Source of the DNA: Trichosphaerium sp. ATCC 40318 | Taxonomy: Eukaryota; Protista; Tubulinea | Length of the DNA: 64,000 nt | Direction of reading: 5' to 3' | Assembly (NCBI GenBank): GCA_038496445.1 | Contig: JALMLS010000642.1 | Location: 33,836-97,835 of the forward strand | Shown here: piece by piece, positions 38,217 through 51,042 of the stretch | How positions within the stretch are numbered: position 1 is the stretch's first letter | Layout of the letters: each line of letters starts with the position of its first letter | Made by a program: the position numbers and the translations under genes | The notes under the pieces: model-generated | Told to the model about the DNA's origin: nothing | The model's input: the letters and a program-made list of their open reading frames with translations, nothing else | Databases searched by the model: none

Positions 38217-41200
38217 ATGCCCCCAAAGAAGCGACGCAACAGGAATAGAAAGAAGAACAAGTCAGCAGCTGTTGCTGATGAACCTGTTGCTCCAAAGGTT
38301 GAAAATAAAGACCAAGAAGGTGCTGATGGAGAAACCAAGCCTGTGGCAAAGAAGCAGGAAGGATTTCCAGCACCTACGCCAAAAGAGTTGAGAACTGCTC
38401 GTAAGAAGATGCGAAATGGCGAGGAACTAACAGAGAAGGAGCATTTCTGGTTACACGGGCCTAAAAAAAAAGTATTGTCGAAGGAAGAAAAGGAGAAGTT
38501 AATCAAGGAAGAGTCTGAGGTACGCATTTCGTTAATAAAAGCGTATTTGTGAAAAAGCGCGTTTTTAATCTGTAAAATAGAAAAACGCTCTTAGCGCCTT
38601 CCGAGCCGTTAACAGCAACGATCCGGACTCCAAGGACATAAAAGTGAGAGAGTTCAGCTTAAATTATTACAACAAGCAATTGTTCAAAGACGCTGACCTC
38701 CTTATTACTTACGGTAACACGTATGGTCTCATAGGGCCAAACGGACACGGAAAAACAAGTACGTCTCCATAAAAAGTCTCTTTTTTATCTCTTTACACTT
38801 GAAATACCTTTAAACCGCTAACACAAGCACATTCGCAACAATGCACAACTTTTAAATCCATAGTCTCTTTAAATCGCTTCAAAACCTTCCCAAAATTATA
38901 AAATATGCGTTATATTAGTTTTTACGCTTGAATAATTATCACCACGTGTGTTTAAAGGCTTTTTTTACTAATTATTTTTTACAGCTCTTCTAAAGCATAT
39001 TGCGAACCGTTTCTTCACTGTACCTGAGCACATGGTTATTCTATATGTTGAACAAGAAGTTGAAGCTTCAGAGAAGACTCCATTACAAATTGTAGTAGAA
39101 GCAGATGAACGTCGTAATAAGCTATTGGTTCAAATCGCCGAGTTGAGCGCAAAAGTCGAAGATGAAGCTACTGACGTACGTTATATTCTATATATAGTAC
39201 TACAAGAATCACTACAGTCTTTTTTATATAATTTTAAAAGCATCTATGAGCTGTAGAGGTCCCAACAGCGTCGTTAGAGTGATATCTTTTTTTTTTGGGT
39301 TTGTTTGATTTTTTTGTACTCACCTTTCCTTAGCCTGATGACTTGGAAGACCTTCATGCTGATTTATCAGAGGCCAGACGTATGTTCAGGTTTATTGGAG
39401 GTCATAGCGCTGAAGCAAAAGCTGCAAAGATCCTTAATGGTCTTCAGTTTAATGATGAAATGATCAAGCAACAGAGTAAAGAATTTTCTGGTGGTTGGCG
39501 TATGCGTATAAGTATTGCTCGTGCTTTGTTCGTTGAACCTGATTTGTTGCTTCTTGATGAACCTACAAATCATCTTGATCTTAATGCCGTCATTTGGCTA
39601 GAAGAGTACTTACGCAGATGGAAAAAGGTATAAGCCCTTTTTTTGTTTTGGTGATAGTTATTTGTTGTTAACGTTTCTTCTAGGCTCTCTTGGTTGTATC
39701 TCATGATAGAGGATTCTTGAACTATGTATGTGATTATATAGTCGCATTAAAGAGACAACAGTTATTCTACTATAAGGGTAACTATGATAACTACGAAAGA
39801 GTGCGTGGCGTTTTTGTGTTAATTATCTGCGAGAGGCTGCTTGTTTTTCTTTGGAAGAGTTATCGATTTTTTGACTCCCTGCTTGTAGGTGTGGCAACAA
39901 CAACAAAAAACTGAAACAAAACAACGTAGAAATGCTCAAAGGACTGAACAAAAAGCAAAGCAAACAAGTAATAAAAAGAAGAAGGGAGAAATTATGAAAA
40001 AAGGAAACAAAGGCAACAAAAATAATAGGCCAGTCATCCGTAAGGATAAGGAGTATGTTGTCAACTTTTACTTTCCATCTCCTCCACCTATAAATGGACC
40101 TATCATACAAGTCAAAGAAGTTTCATTTGGATATGAAGGTAGTCGTACCCTATTCGAAGACGTGCGTCCTTTTTCTTGTTTTTTTCTTGTTTTTTTTAAG
40201 CAGAAGCTCTTCATTAGACACTCAAAGCTGATTGCCTATTTAGATTGAATTGAATATTGATCTTCAAAGTCGTGTTGCTATGGTTGGACCTAATGGTGCA
40301 GGTAAATCTACTTTGATGAACTTGATCCTTGGAGATCTTGACCCAACTGAGGGAGAGGTGCGTTTGCTTTCCTTTTTATCATTTTAAAATAATTTAAAAA
40401 ACAAATCTTTTCACAAACCAAGTGCTGTTATCTCAATTAGTTTTACAACCTTCACAATAATCTTTGAACTATTTTCTAGTAGCATTCATTGTTTTATCTT
40501 ATTTGTATTATTATTTGTGAATGTAGTGGTGCACTTCTTTTTTCTTTTCTGACTGTTTTTTCTTTGTAGATTTTCAAAAACAGAAAAATCCGTTGTGTGA
40601 AATTCGCTCAACATTTTGTTGACCAAATGGAAATGACCAATACTCCTATCTCGCATATACACGAGAATCATCCAGACATGAAAGAAGGAGAAATTCGTAG
40701 AATGCTTGGCCGGTACGCAAAAGAGCTAAACTTCTCCATTTTGGTGAAATATGCTTATTTTCCTGTACAACAGATTCGGTTTAACTGGACAGACACATAC
40801 TCAACCTCTTTCATTGTGCTCTGGAGGACAGAAATCTCGTGTTGTACTCACTGATTTAGCATTACAAGAACCTCATATCCTGTTCTTGGGTACGTAATTC
40901 ATAACGACAGAGAGCACTTTTGCAGCTGTTAATTTTTTTTTGATTGTTCCTTTAACATTCACTAAATGTTACCTTGTAGATGAACCTACCAACCATCTGG
41001 ATATTGAAAGTGTAGATGCTCTATGTCAAGCACTCAATGAGTTCGAAGGAGCAGTAGTATTTATCACTCACGATCAAAGACTTATTTCACAAGTCGCCAA
41101 CGAAATTTGGATTGTTGGTACTCATAGATTTTTTTTTTTGGTTTGTTTTGTCGGCTCTTCGATTAACCTCCTTCTTAAGGTAATGAGGATGTTGAAGTAT

Positions 41201-41301
41201 ATGATGGTGACTTTGAAGAATATCGTCAAGAAATTGTCGATGCGATGTCAGATGATATCTTTAAGCATAGTTCAGATGAAGAAGAAGCCTTGGAGCAGTA
41301 A
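38217..41301 (+). CDS. ABCF-family soluble ATPase (ABCF1/GCN20-like)
   Basis: Two NBDs and no TMD: [35 protein letters not shown]; [27 protein letters not shown]; basic N-terminal extension. Confidence 0.93.
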
Positions 41302-41573
41302 ACCACAAAAAAACAAAAATTTATTCACCGTTTTTAAACCAAATGTCTTTTCACAAAATAAAGAGCCTTTTTTTACCACCCAAACCAAGCACAACTGTGA
41401 TTAACCTTACAATGAGCGATCTACTGAAAATGAGGTTGTCTTAGCAAGCTAACATAAAAAAAATTCGACAAATAAAATGTTCACATCATTACTTTTTTAG
41501 AAGAAATTCGCACTTTAGAGAACAAAAATCCGTCTTCAAAACCTCACGGGCTCTAAACCAACACATCAACAAA

Positions 41574-42173
41574 ATGACATCACCAGCTATGCAATCTGGT
41601 AACGTTCTTACATTTGGAAAAGCAAGGGAGCTCTTGACGCTGAACTATAAGACACTATCTTCAAAGTGCATCATAGAAGGAAAGAATGGCGACACTATTA
41701 CTATCAATGCTTCCTTTACAACTCCTGTAGAAATAGTTGATTGCATTGACTGTACTTTTTTCTTTGTAAACAAAATCAAAGCGCTTCAAGTTATAAGCTG
41801 TTCTGGATGTAAACTCGTTCTGCAAGATGTTATGTCTACTATAGACCTTCTAAGATGTACCAATGTATCCACAACATGTACAGCAATGGATGGATGTCAA
41901 TACTACAAGCTAGAAAAGACTACAGATTGCACAATATCTCTAACAGCGAAAAAAAGTGTTTTATTCCAAACAGAGTCTACAAAGAATGTTAAGATTGTGA
42001 ACTTAACAACAAAGTCACGTGATGAACAATGTTTTAAAGTACCTGATTGCCAAAGACAATTAGCTTGCTATGAACTAACAGACAACCAAATGTTCGTAAA
42101 ATTGCCTAAAAGCAGGTTTGTACATGTGAACTCTTGGTGCTGTCCACACGGCAGTTTACCAATTGTATTGTAA
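41574..42173 (+). CDS. Stand-alone C-CAP/cofactor-C-like beta-helix protein, intronless
   Basis: VEIVDCIDCTFFFVNKIKALQVISCSGCKLVLQDVMSTIDLLRCTNV resembles the CAP C-terminal (CARP) repeats. Confidence 0.6.
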   Translation: MTSPAMQSGNVLTFGKARELLTLNYKTLSSKCIIEGKNGDTITINASFTTPVEIVDCIDCTFFFVNKIKALQVISCSGCKLVLQDVMSTIDLLRCTNVSTTCTAMDGCQYYKLEKTTDCTISLTAKKSVLFQTESTKNVKIVNLTTKSRDEQCFKVPDCQRQLACYELTDNQMFVKLPKSRFVHVNSWCCPHGSLPIVL

Positions 42174-42490
42174 TTATTTTTCTTGTAAATAAAAAAGAAG
42201 AGGAATTATAAACAACTTGAATAAAATTAAATGAGTTCAGTTTCTGAGAACTAACTTACTTTCGAGTCAGGAAAAGATACTAAACAACAGAAGAAGAATA
42301 AAAAAAACTCGTATAGTGGAAGGCTTAGTGCATATGCTATAACGTCAGATACACAACAAATAAAGTTGGAAAAAATAGAAGATGTACTAGAGCGTGTCGG
42401 TGCAATTTGGTTGATACCTTAAAGGGGTTGTGTTTAAGCCAGCTACGTACACAGAACTTATTGCCAAATACAACCGACCTACCAACAGCA

Positions 42491-44509
42491 ATGATGAAAC
42501 TTCTTCTTGCTTTAGTGGTTATAACGTTATACGTAGTGAACGCACAAAAAACTGTAACGGAGATTATTACAAAACAAGGCTACGTAAGTTTCTTGTCACG
42601 TGGGTAGACAAACACTAAAGGAAAAAAACCACCATCTCCTACCATATCTAGTGTGTCCTAACGCTTTTTTTTAACTACAGCCAGCAGAAGAGCATAAGAC
42701 TATAACTACAGATGGTTACGTCCTTACCATGAACGTACGTATAAAGCCAAGACAAGGCCGACATTTAGGAAAATTCTTTTTTGCTTTTTTTTTTTGGTTT
42801 GTTTTTTACTGACGTTTTGTTTATTAGCGTATACCTCATGGAAAGTCTGTGAACGCTACTAAAGGACCTGTATTTTTTCAACATGGTTTATTGGACTCAT
42901 CGCAAGTATTTTTAAAATATGAAGTGTGTTTACGCTTTAACTAGGTTCGCTGCTGTTGCAAATCCTCCTCCTGAAGGCCTAGCTTTTTATTTAGCTGATC
43001 TCGGTTACGATGTTTGGTAATAGTTCCCCTATGCTCCCTTATCAAATAAACACTTCTAATATCACTTCCAGGTTGGGTAATAACCGCGGTAATGGTATTA
43101 GTATGGAACATGTTAAATATACACCAAAGGATAAAGAGTTCTGGGACTTCTCGTACGACTTTTTGGAGGTTATGTATTTGTAACGCTCGGTTATAAAACA
43201 CTTGTTCCAATAGCAAAATTAGATACAAGCGTTTTAGTGCCAGAGTGCTTTTTGAAAGCGGAATTGTGGATACAAAAAAACTTTACAAAAAAATCCACAA
43301 AAAAATCTTTTTTTGTATTCGATTTTTATTTTACTTGGTTGCTTACGTGTATTTTAGTTGGGATGACATGGCTAAATATGATTTACCGGCTCAATTATTA
43401 TACGTAACGAGGGCAACGGGTCAGAAAAAGATACCTTACATGGGACACTCACAGGTAGTAGAAGAATAGAAGGTTCGATTTCTTTTTTCTAATTTTTGTT
43501 TTCAAGGGAACAGTACAAGCGTTTTCAGGCTTTTTAGAGCCTTCTACGGCTGAAATGGTATCTGTATTTATAGCATTCGCACCTGTTGCTTTTGTTACCC
43601 ACATCAAAGTACAAATTTTAAAATTACTTGCTGCTATTGAGTTGGGACCGCTACTCCAATTGTTAGGGTACGCTCCACATTTTGTAAACAGGAAAATTAT
43701 TAGGAGTTTTTTTTTTCCCATTTCTCTATTAATTTCCCCGCTGCCATGTTACCTCCTAACTCGCTCCCAGTGTTCGACAATTGAATATACCAACATTATT
43801 AAAAGCGCTCGTACCTAACCTATGCGCTATAAATCCACCGTACGTTTGTAAAAACCGGAAGAGTTTTTTGTATCTCACTTTTTGTTTTAGTGCTTGCGAA
43901 TTTGTATTTGTAGCTTTCAGTGGAGATTTTACATACAAGAATAGTTCTCAAATAGCGTTTTACACAAAGTTCGAACCAGCGCCAACATCTACTAAAACTC
44001 TAATCCAATGGTAAGTTTTTTTTTTGATCACGTGATCAGGACTTTTTTATCTTTTTTTGGTGAAATTAGGTATTTTTTTGACTTTTTTAGGTCCCAAGGT
44101 ATTTTATCCAACGCTTTTCAAATGTACGATTATGGTAAGGTTCAGAACTTGATTAAATACGGACAACTCGTACCGCCTATTTATGACTTGTCAAAGTTTC
44201 CTAAAGATCTTCCTGTTGCTATGTTCACTGGAACTATCGATGCTCTATGTACGTTTAATTTATATGAAAACCATCTAATATATTCAAAGCGGATCCAGAA
44301 GATGTTGAGAGGCTGATATCGCGTTTGCCTACAAAACCATACGTTCACAATGAACCGGTAAACTTTCTAAATCTTTTTCCCATTTTTTGATTGTTTCTTT
44401 TTAGTCGTTTGGCCATCTCGATTTTACATTAGGATACACATCCTATAAAACAATATATCCACTTGCTGTAAAGCAAATTGAAAAGTATAGTACATACGAG
44501 AAGAAATAA
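42491..44509 (+). CDS. Lysosomal/gastric-type acid lipase, paralog 2
   Basis: Signal peptide, [53 protein letters not shown]; intron positions match paralog 1. Confidence 0.92.
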
Positions 44510-44701
44510 ACGAAAAGTTGTTTTGCATGTATGAACTCCACTACCAAAAGACTTGCGTTAAAAATATGTTTCTTCCTTTGTCGTATGTACACAACTAGTG
44601 TTAAGCAACGTAAGGTTTCGCTGGCCATCAGAATATCTCAACTGCAGTTGACGCTAATTGACCAACAGCAACTTTTTTTTTTGTAATTTTAACGTTCAAA
44701 G

Positions 44702-45256
44702 ATGTCAGACAACCCATTACCAACAGAAGCCATACAAACGATTGAAAAGTTCGAGAATGCGCTTCAAAAGCTAGAAGGCATCTGTGAGCCTCTTTTCAAA
44801 CAAGACCTCGATGAGATAAAGGGTAGAATAACAAATTTCGACCAAGCAAAGCTTAATATAGTATTGGCGTACTCCATAAACGCTCTATTTTACAGTACGG
44901 CACTATTGTAACTGTAATTATTACAACTTTCCCATTTCGCGCTAATCACCACTAGTGTACCTAAAGACGCAAGGTGTATCACCTGCAGAACACCCTGTAA
45001 AAGGAGAATTGGTAAATAGGTTAAAACGCATAAAAACGTTACTAACGCGTTTGTTTAGGAGCGTATTAAATTGTACATTAAGAAACTAAGAAGTTTGAGC
45101 GGTGCTGAAGTAAAAGACGAGAGAAAGACAGTTGTCAACAAAGAAGCAGCTGTTAGAGTAGTAAAACACGGTGTTGGATCAAACAAGCGTAAAACAAGCG
45201 CTGATTCACCTTCTGGCACAAAGAAGAAAAGACGACACTCAAAATCACGACAATAA
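44702..45256 (+). CDS. C1D: Nuclear exosome cofactor C1D/Rrp47
   Basis: [46 protein letters not shown], then NKEAAVRVVKH. Confidence 0.88.
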
Positions 45257-45281
45257 CGGCTTTAAAAACCCTCATATAGTT

Positions 45282-45905
45282 TTACTGATCCCTCTCTATA
45301 CTATATGGCGCATCTCTGATCTTCTGAGCGTCTGTAGTGCTTCCCGTCGTTGCAACCAAATACTCTATGGCAAACTCTGTCTTTTCTACGCCTAGTGCGC
45401 GAGTTAATACTCAGTACTTTGTTAAAGGATGGATGGTACCTTCGTCGATGAACCTGTACAGTTTTTTTGTTAAATAATTAGATTGTTTATGCATTTTGAT
45501 GTTGTTTACTTACCTGATAGAGCCTTCAGAAAGTTCCTCAGGCGCTTGTTCACGCGTAGGAGATGATGTTGGTGTGTTATCAGTATCTTCTGTTGGACTG
45601 GCTTTTCTTTTCTTTTCAGGCCTCCATTGTTGCTTAAAAGCTGTCAACGATATTGGTTACATGCGTACTAGCTTACTTGTGTGAGCAACATCAAATCTAC
45701 AAAAACGTTCAAAGCTGAAACGTACAACACAAACGTCTTTCCTACCCTTAGAATAAAGCGTGCCAGTATATTTTCTCTTGGCGGATTTGCGGTTAGTTGA
45801 GATGTGCCTCTCTACACCCATTGTGCTTTCTACTTTCGTATACTTAAATTTCCCTTTGTTTACGCGTTTGCGATAACCACCAGTCCATCTTCGCCGAGTT
45901 GCCAT
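45282..45905 (-). CDS. Small basic hypothetical protein
   Basis: ATG-initiated Arg/Lys-rich exon and further exons with GT-AG boundaries; no recognisable domain; frame of the last exons uncertain. Confidence 0.4.
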
Positions 45906-46079
45906 TTACAATTCTGCGTATTAGTAATACTAACAAGAACGCATATATACCACAAAGTAAGTAGTTTCGGCTCAGGATTTGCTGTGTTTGGCCTGCTGTT
46001 ATGTAACTTCGTGACATTTATTGACAATTTCTACTTCGGACTTTTTTTGGAAGAACTACTTTCCCGTTATTTGTACGAC

Positions 46080-48498
46080 ATGTCCGAAGCACTCTTTACG
46101 TCAGGCAACTTTGAACCAGTTAGAAATGAGGTTGACGCTGTTGATCTAAGTGTAGTTGAAGGCAATCAAGTGAATTTTTGATTGTAGCTAACCTAGCAGT
46201 AGGTAAAATACCTTCAGATATCGATGGAATGTACATACGTGCGTCATAGCCATTTTGAATGAGGTTGGTAACTATGTGTCAGGAAACGGTCCAAACCCTT
46301 TGTTCTACGACAAAAAGTACTAAAAAGTACTAATTACGCGTTTGACACATTATTGTAGGACGTTTGGTCATTGGTTCGATGGTAACTCAAAGACAGAGGT
46401 ATTAGCTATTAACCGGGTAAAGGTGACGGCATGTTACACGGTGTACGCCTTCAAAATGGCTCAGCAACTTTCAGAAACAGGTAAACACGACAAAACGTTA
46501 GAAAAAAAGCCGTTGTAACCATTGAGTAAAAAAGATACGTAAAAACAGACGACTGGCAATACGAAAAGGATTTGGGAAAAAAGTATTTCCTCTCATTCAA
46601 AACCTTAACGTCAGTACTGTACGTGTTATCCGTCTAATGCTGTTTCCATTGAACTTTGTTTTCGCTTGTAGTGGGATTGGACAATTTCTTGCATCACGCT
46701 TTTACAGAACTGTGATTAGTTCCAAGCAACCTGATCCATATAAAAGTGCGTATTCTACCTCTATTTTTTGGTATTCGAAAAAAGTGCCGCCACGTGTACA
46801 AAGAAAGCTGAACTTATCTACTGTTATTGTCATTTCTTTTCTAAATTATATTCCTATAGAGTGCACAGCGAATACTGCTCTAGTATATCATGATAAGCGC
46901 TTGATGGCATTGGTAGAATCCGTACGTTTCACCTTTGGATAAGAAGTGTACTTATCAAACATTAGCATACGCCTACTTGGGTCACTGCCCAGACACTTGA
47001 TACTGTAGGAGAATACGATTATGATGGCGAACTTAAGCATCCTTTCACTGCACACCCAAAGATTGACCAAAAAACAGGCGAGATGATGTTTTTTGTACGT
47101 ACCAATTTAGGCACTTTGACAAATCTTGTCATTTTGAAACCTTATTTGTATTAGTGTTACCAACTTGATAAAAAACCTTATTGTCTGTACCGTACAGTAT
47201 CAAAAGACGGTAAAATTTCGTCTAAACCAATCGATATGGGCATCCAAAAACCAGTAATGGCACGTGCTTTTAAGCGTTTTTTATTTCGAATAAAAAATTG
47301 TATTTTTTGTTTTGTATGTCGAGATAGTTGCTTATATTTTGGTTTGCTATTTTAGATGCACGACATGGCAATGACCGAAAACTACTCAATTATTATGGAC
47401 CATCCATTCGAGTTTAACCCTTCAAACAAAGATTTTTTTGTATTTGATAGTAAAAAACCAGCACGTTTCGGTATTATTCCAAGACACGCTGAAGTACGTA
47501 GTTTCTAGGTTTTTTATAGTCTGGACGTATTGGTATTGCTGCGTGGGATCACTACCAGTGTTTATACTACAACGCAACTACTGAGTTATTTGGTTTAACG
47601 CTGCTTGTAGTCTGGGGACGAAACGATTTGGTTTGAAGGCAAAAATGGATTTGTCTTTCATACTGCCAATGCTTATGAAGAAGGGTAAAAGACCGGTTGT
47701 ATTGTTCAATATCTAATGTTGTTTTAAAGAGATAAAATATACCTCTATGCTGTCAGACATGAACTAAGTACGTATTCTTATTGAACCGAAGTACTAATTG
47801 TATTTTTAGTCGACTTTGCTAAACTTGGTGCTGGAAAAAACTACATGTGGATCTTTGATATGAAGACAAAAACAGTCACAGAAGAATATGTATTTTATGA
47901 TGAAGATCATAAGGAGTATCGTAGCGAGTTTCCAGTTATTAATACTGACTACACCGGATACAAAAACAGGTATTAATATATCGTCTCTTTTTACAAGTGT
48001 TGACACCAGCCTAGATACTTTTACTCCGGATTTCTATCAGATCCAAGCATGCAAGGTTTTGAAGGACTTCTTAAACTAGATATAAAAGAGAAAAGTAAGC
48101 TAATTTATCTTTACCTAGTTGAGATTTTTATGTCAAGACAACAACTGTTTTTTTTCCTATTTTTTTCCTTTCTCTAAGTTTTTGCCTTTTAGAGACCATC
48201 AAAGCACTCCATGGAGATAAAAGATTTAGTGGAGAGATGAGTTTTGTACCAAGGAATAACTCTAAAGCAGAGGATGACGTACGATTCCAAAAAAACCTTT
48301 GATCTTTCTAGTGACTTTTTTAAGGGTTACATGGTTGGATTTGTTTTTGACGAGACAAAGAACAACTCAGAGCTTGTGATATATGACGCATCAGATTTAT
48401 CTCTTACTTGCCGTATTGCTTTGCCCCAACGTGTTCCATATGGATTCCATGGAATGTGGGTATCTAAAGAACAAATGAACGAACAGCGTTCTCCATAA
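46080..48498 (+). CDS. Carotenoid cleavage oxygenase (RPE65/CCD family, CCD1-like)
   Basis: [32 protein letters not shown], and four Fe-ligand His motifs: [27 protein letters not shown]. Confidence 0.93.
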
Positions 48499-48886
48499 AC
48501 AAATTGCTCCTTTTTTTTGTATATTCAATACAAATTTGAATCTAGATTTGGTTTTTTCCCAGTGATTTCTTTTGTACAGTGAGCAGTTCTTTTCTTATGG
48601 AGTTTGTTTAAACAATGCGGACATTGATTATCCTAAGGTTGAAGCAAAACTGTTACCTGGAGCTGATGTAAACCAAGTACGTTTTCGCTGTTGGTCTTTG
48701 TTTATCACGTGCTCTACAAAAGAGAATTTTTTGTATTGTTCATTGTTACGACAATTTCGTGGACAAATTTGGTTGCCACATTAAGTGTGGATTGTGAATT
48801 TTCCTCACCAATTTAAAACTACGCTGTTGTATGAAACAAAATAGCAATTCTGCTTTTGGCGTACTAAAAAGTGGATATAGAGATTG

Positions 48887-50769
48887 ATGTATTTTTTTGA
48901 GGCTCTTTTTATTTGTATAGCGCTCAATGGTGTCAGTGCTTCAGTATTTAACTGCACGTGGGATAATAAAGCGTATTATATCCATAATACGAACTCGAGT
49001 TTTATTGACACCACATGCCCACCTGGTACGCGTTTTAACACGTTTACAACGACCAAAACAACAACTTATTCTCGCGAACTTTTGGTTCGGGTTAATTTAC
49101 CATCTGGTACCATAACCCCTTTTAGGATCATACCCGTTAAAGCTAGAGACAATAATGGAGACATCTATATTTACACAGTTTTCTGTACGTTCTATTTTTC
49201 ATTTGAACTTAGTTTTGTATTACATCATTTCAACGTTTGTTTTAGAACATACAAATGTCCGTGTATCGTAATAACCCCTCTGACCATACTCTGTATTGGC
49301 ATGACGGATCAAAAGTGTCTCCTACATTATTTCCAAGGTTTTACTTGGTAAACAATCAAGCAACTATTCGCAACTGCTCTAGGCTTTCAAGAGGAGTACG
49401 ATTCCTAATCAAGAATTTTGTTTTTACTATTTATCAGGTGCTTCAACCTGGATGTGAGGGTACAGATTACTTTGTTTGTGAAGCTACAAAACCAGCAAGC
49501 GAACTGAATATTAGTAAACCATGCATCGAACAGGAATATCCAAAAACGTGTGATCACGTGCTAGCAGGTAAATAACCAGAATGCAATAACTTTTGTTTAC
49601 AAAAAACAAAAGCCAATGTTAACAGTCATTATTTTACAGGTCACTGCTACAAGCTAATAACTAAATCGGAAACTTGGGCAGAAGCACAACGTACGTAATA
49701 CAATTTTAGTAGCAACAGCTGAAGATTAATTACTTGTTTTTCTCAGACACATGCACGAAACAAGGTGGCTATCTTGCAACTATTTTATCACCTGAAGAAA
49801 ATGCGCTAGTGTACAGCATTGTCAAAGAATATCTTGCGACCACGAATAGATTGATATGGTTTGGTTTCAGCAGTGGGTATACAGGATCACACTTTGCTTT
49901 CGAATGGGTAACTTTCATGTTTGTTTTTCTTCAGTCTGATAGATCTATGGAATGTCTGATCGTTCTGTACAGGTAACAACAAACGAAAGCGTCGACTATG
50001 GAAAAAAAATAAGTACCCGCCCTTGGGCAGATGGGAAACCATCTAACCTTGGTTGGACCGGAGGCACTAGACCCAACTGTGCAGTCATGTAAGAGGGATT
50101 TTTTTTATTATTTTTTTACATACGTTGTACAGCAATAACTAAAACAGGGATATGAATGGGAACTGGGTAGATAAACGCTGTGATGGTACTGCGAATGGAA
50201 TGGTTTGTGAGTTCAATAACGATCCAAGACCAACAAGTACTCACTTTTGTTGTTTTTTTTTTAACTTTTTATCGAAGTGAATTTGATTCTTGATCCTGTC
50301 GTTGTTGTGAAATCAAACATCTACGTACCTGGTAAGCCTGTTACTATCTGTTTCACAAATACTTACAAACCTTTGTTAAAGGAAACGTGACTGTTTCAAG
50401 TGGAAGTGTTATTGTACAAAATACATCTACTGTTATATTTGATGTAAGAGAATGTTGGTCACCAGATATACAATTTGATGTTACAAATTTTGACGTACAT
50501 ATTCCCCATTATAAACAGCTATTCTAACATAGTACCTATTAAAGGGAGCAACTTCAATTATAGCGCAGAGAAGCAGTTGTGAAGAGTTCACACCAAGTAT
50601 TAAAAAGAAAAGAACACAATGTATTGATAGGACCAAAACAACACTGAGAACTTCATCTATCTTACGTACAACGTTCACAAAGTGTGATGTCTTACCAAAT
50701 AATTTTAAAACTATTCAAGTATCATGGATGCTCCTGGCGTCTATATTGCTATTTTTGTACGTCGAATAA
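48887..50769 (+). CDS. Secreted or surface C-type lectin domain protein
   Basis: Signal peptide; HCYKL..TWAEAQ..C..GGYLATILSPEEN..IWFG..WADGKPSN..NCAVM..GNWVDKRC..VCE; hydrophobic C-terminus. Confidence 0.8.
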
Positions 50770-51042
50770 ATCCTGAGATAGCCATTCTTCATTTTGGTTT
50801 TTCGTTTGTGACATTCTCATATTTTTCGGCGATTGTGCTCCCTTATTGAGTGAGTGTGCCTTAAAACGTACCATGCCCTTGTCATCTCTTTGCTTCGATC
50901 TTAGGTCATTAGTATTGGCTAACAGAAGTATGCCACGTAATCATGAGTATTGCTACGGCAACATTTCTATGAATATTTGGTCATTCTTGAAAAGTAGTTG
51001 AAATCTGCAGAAAATGCAATTTAGATTCTTGTAAAGGAGCTG

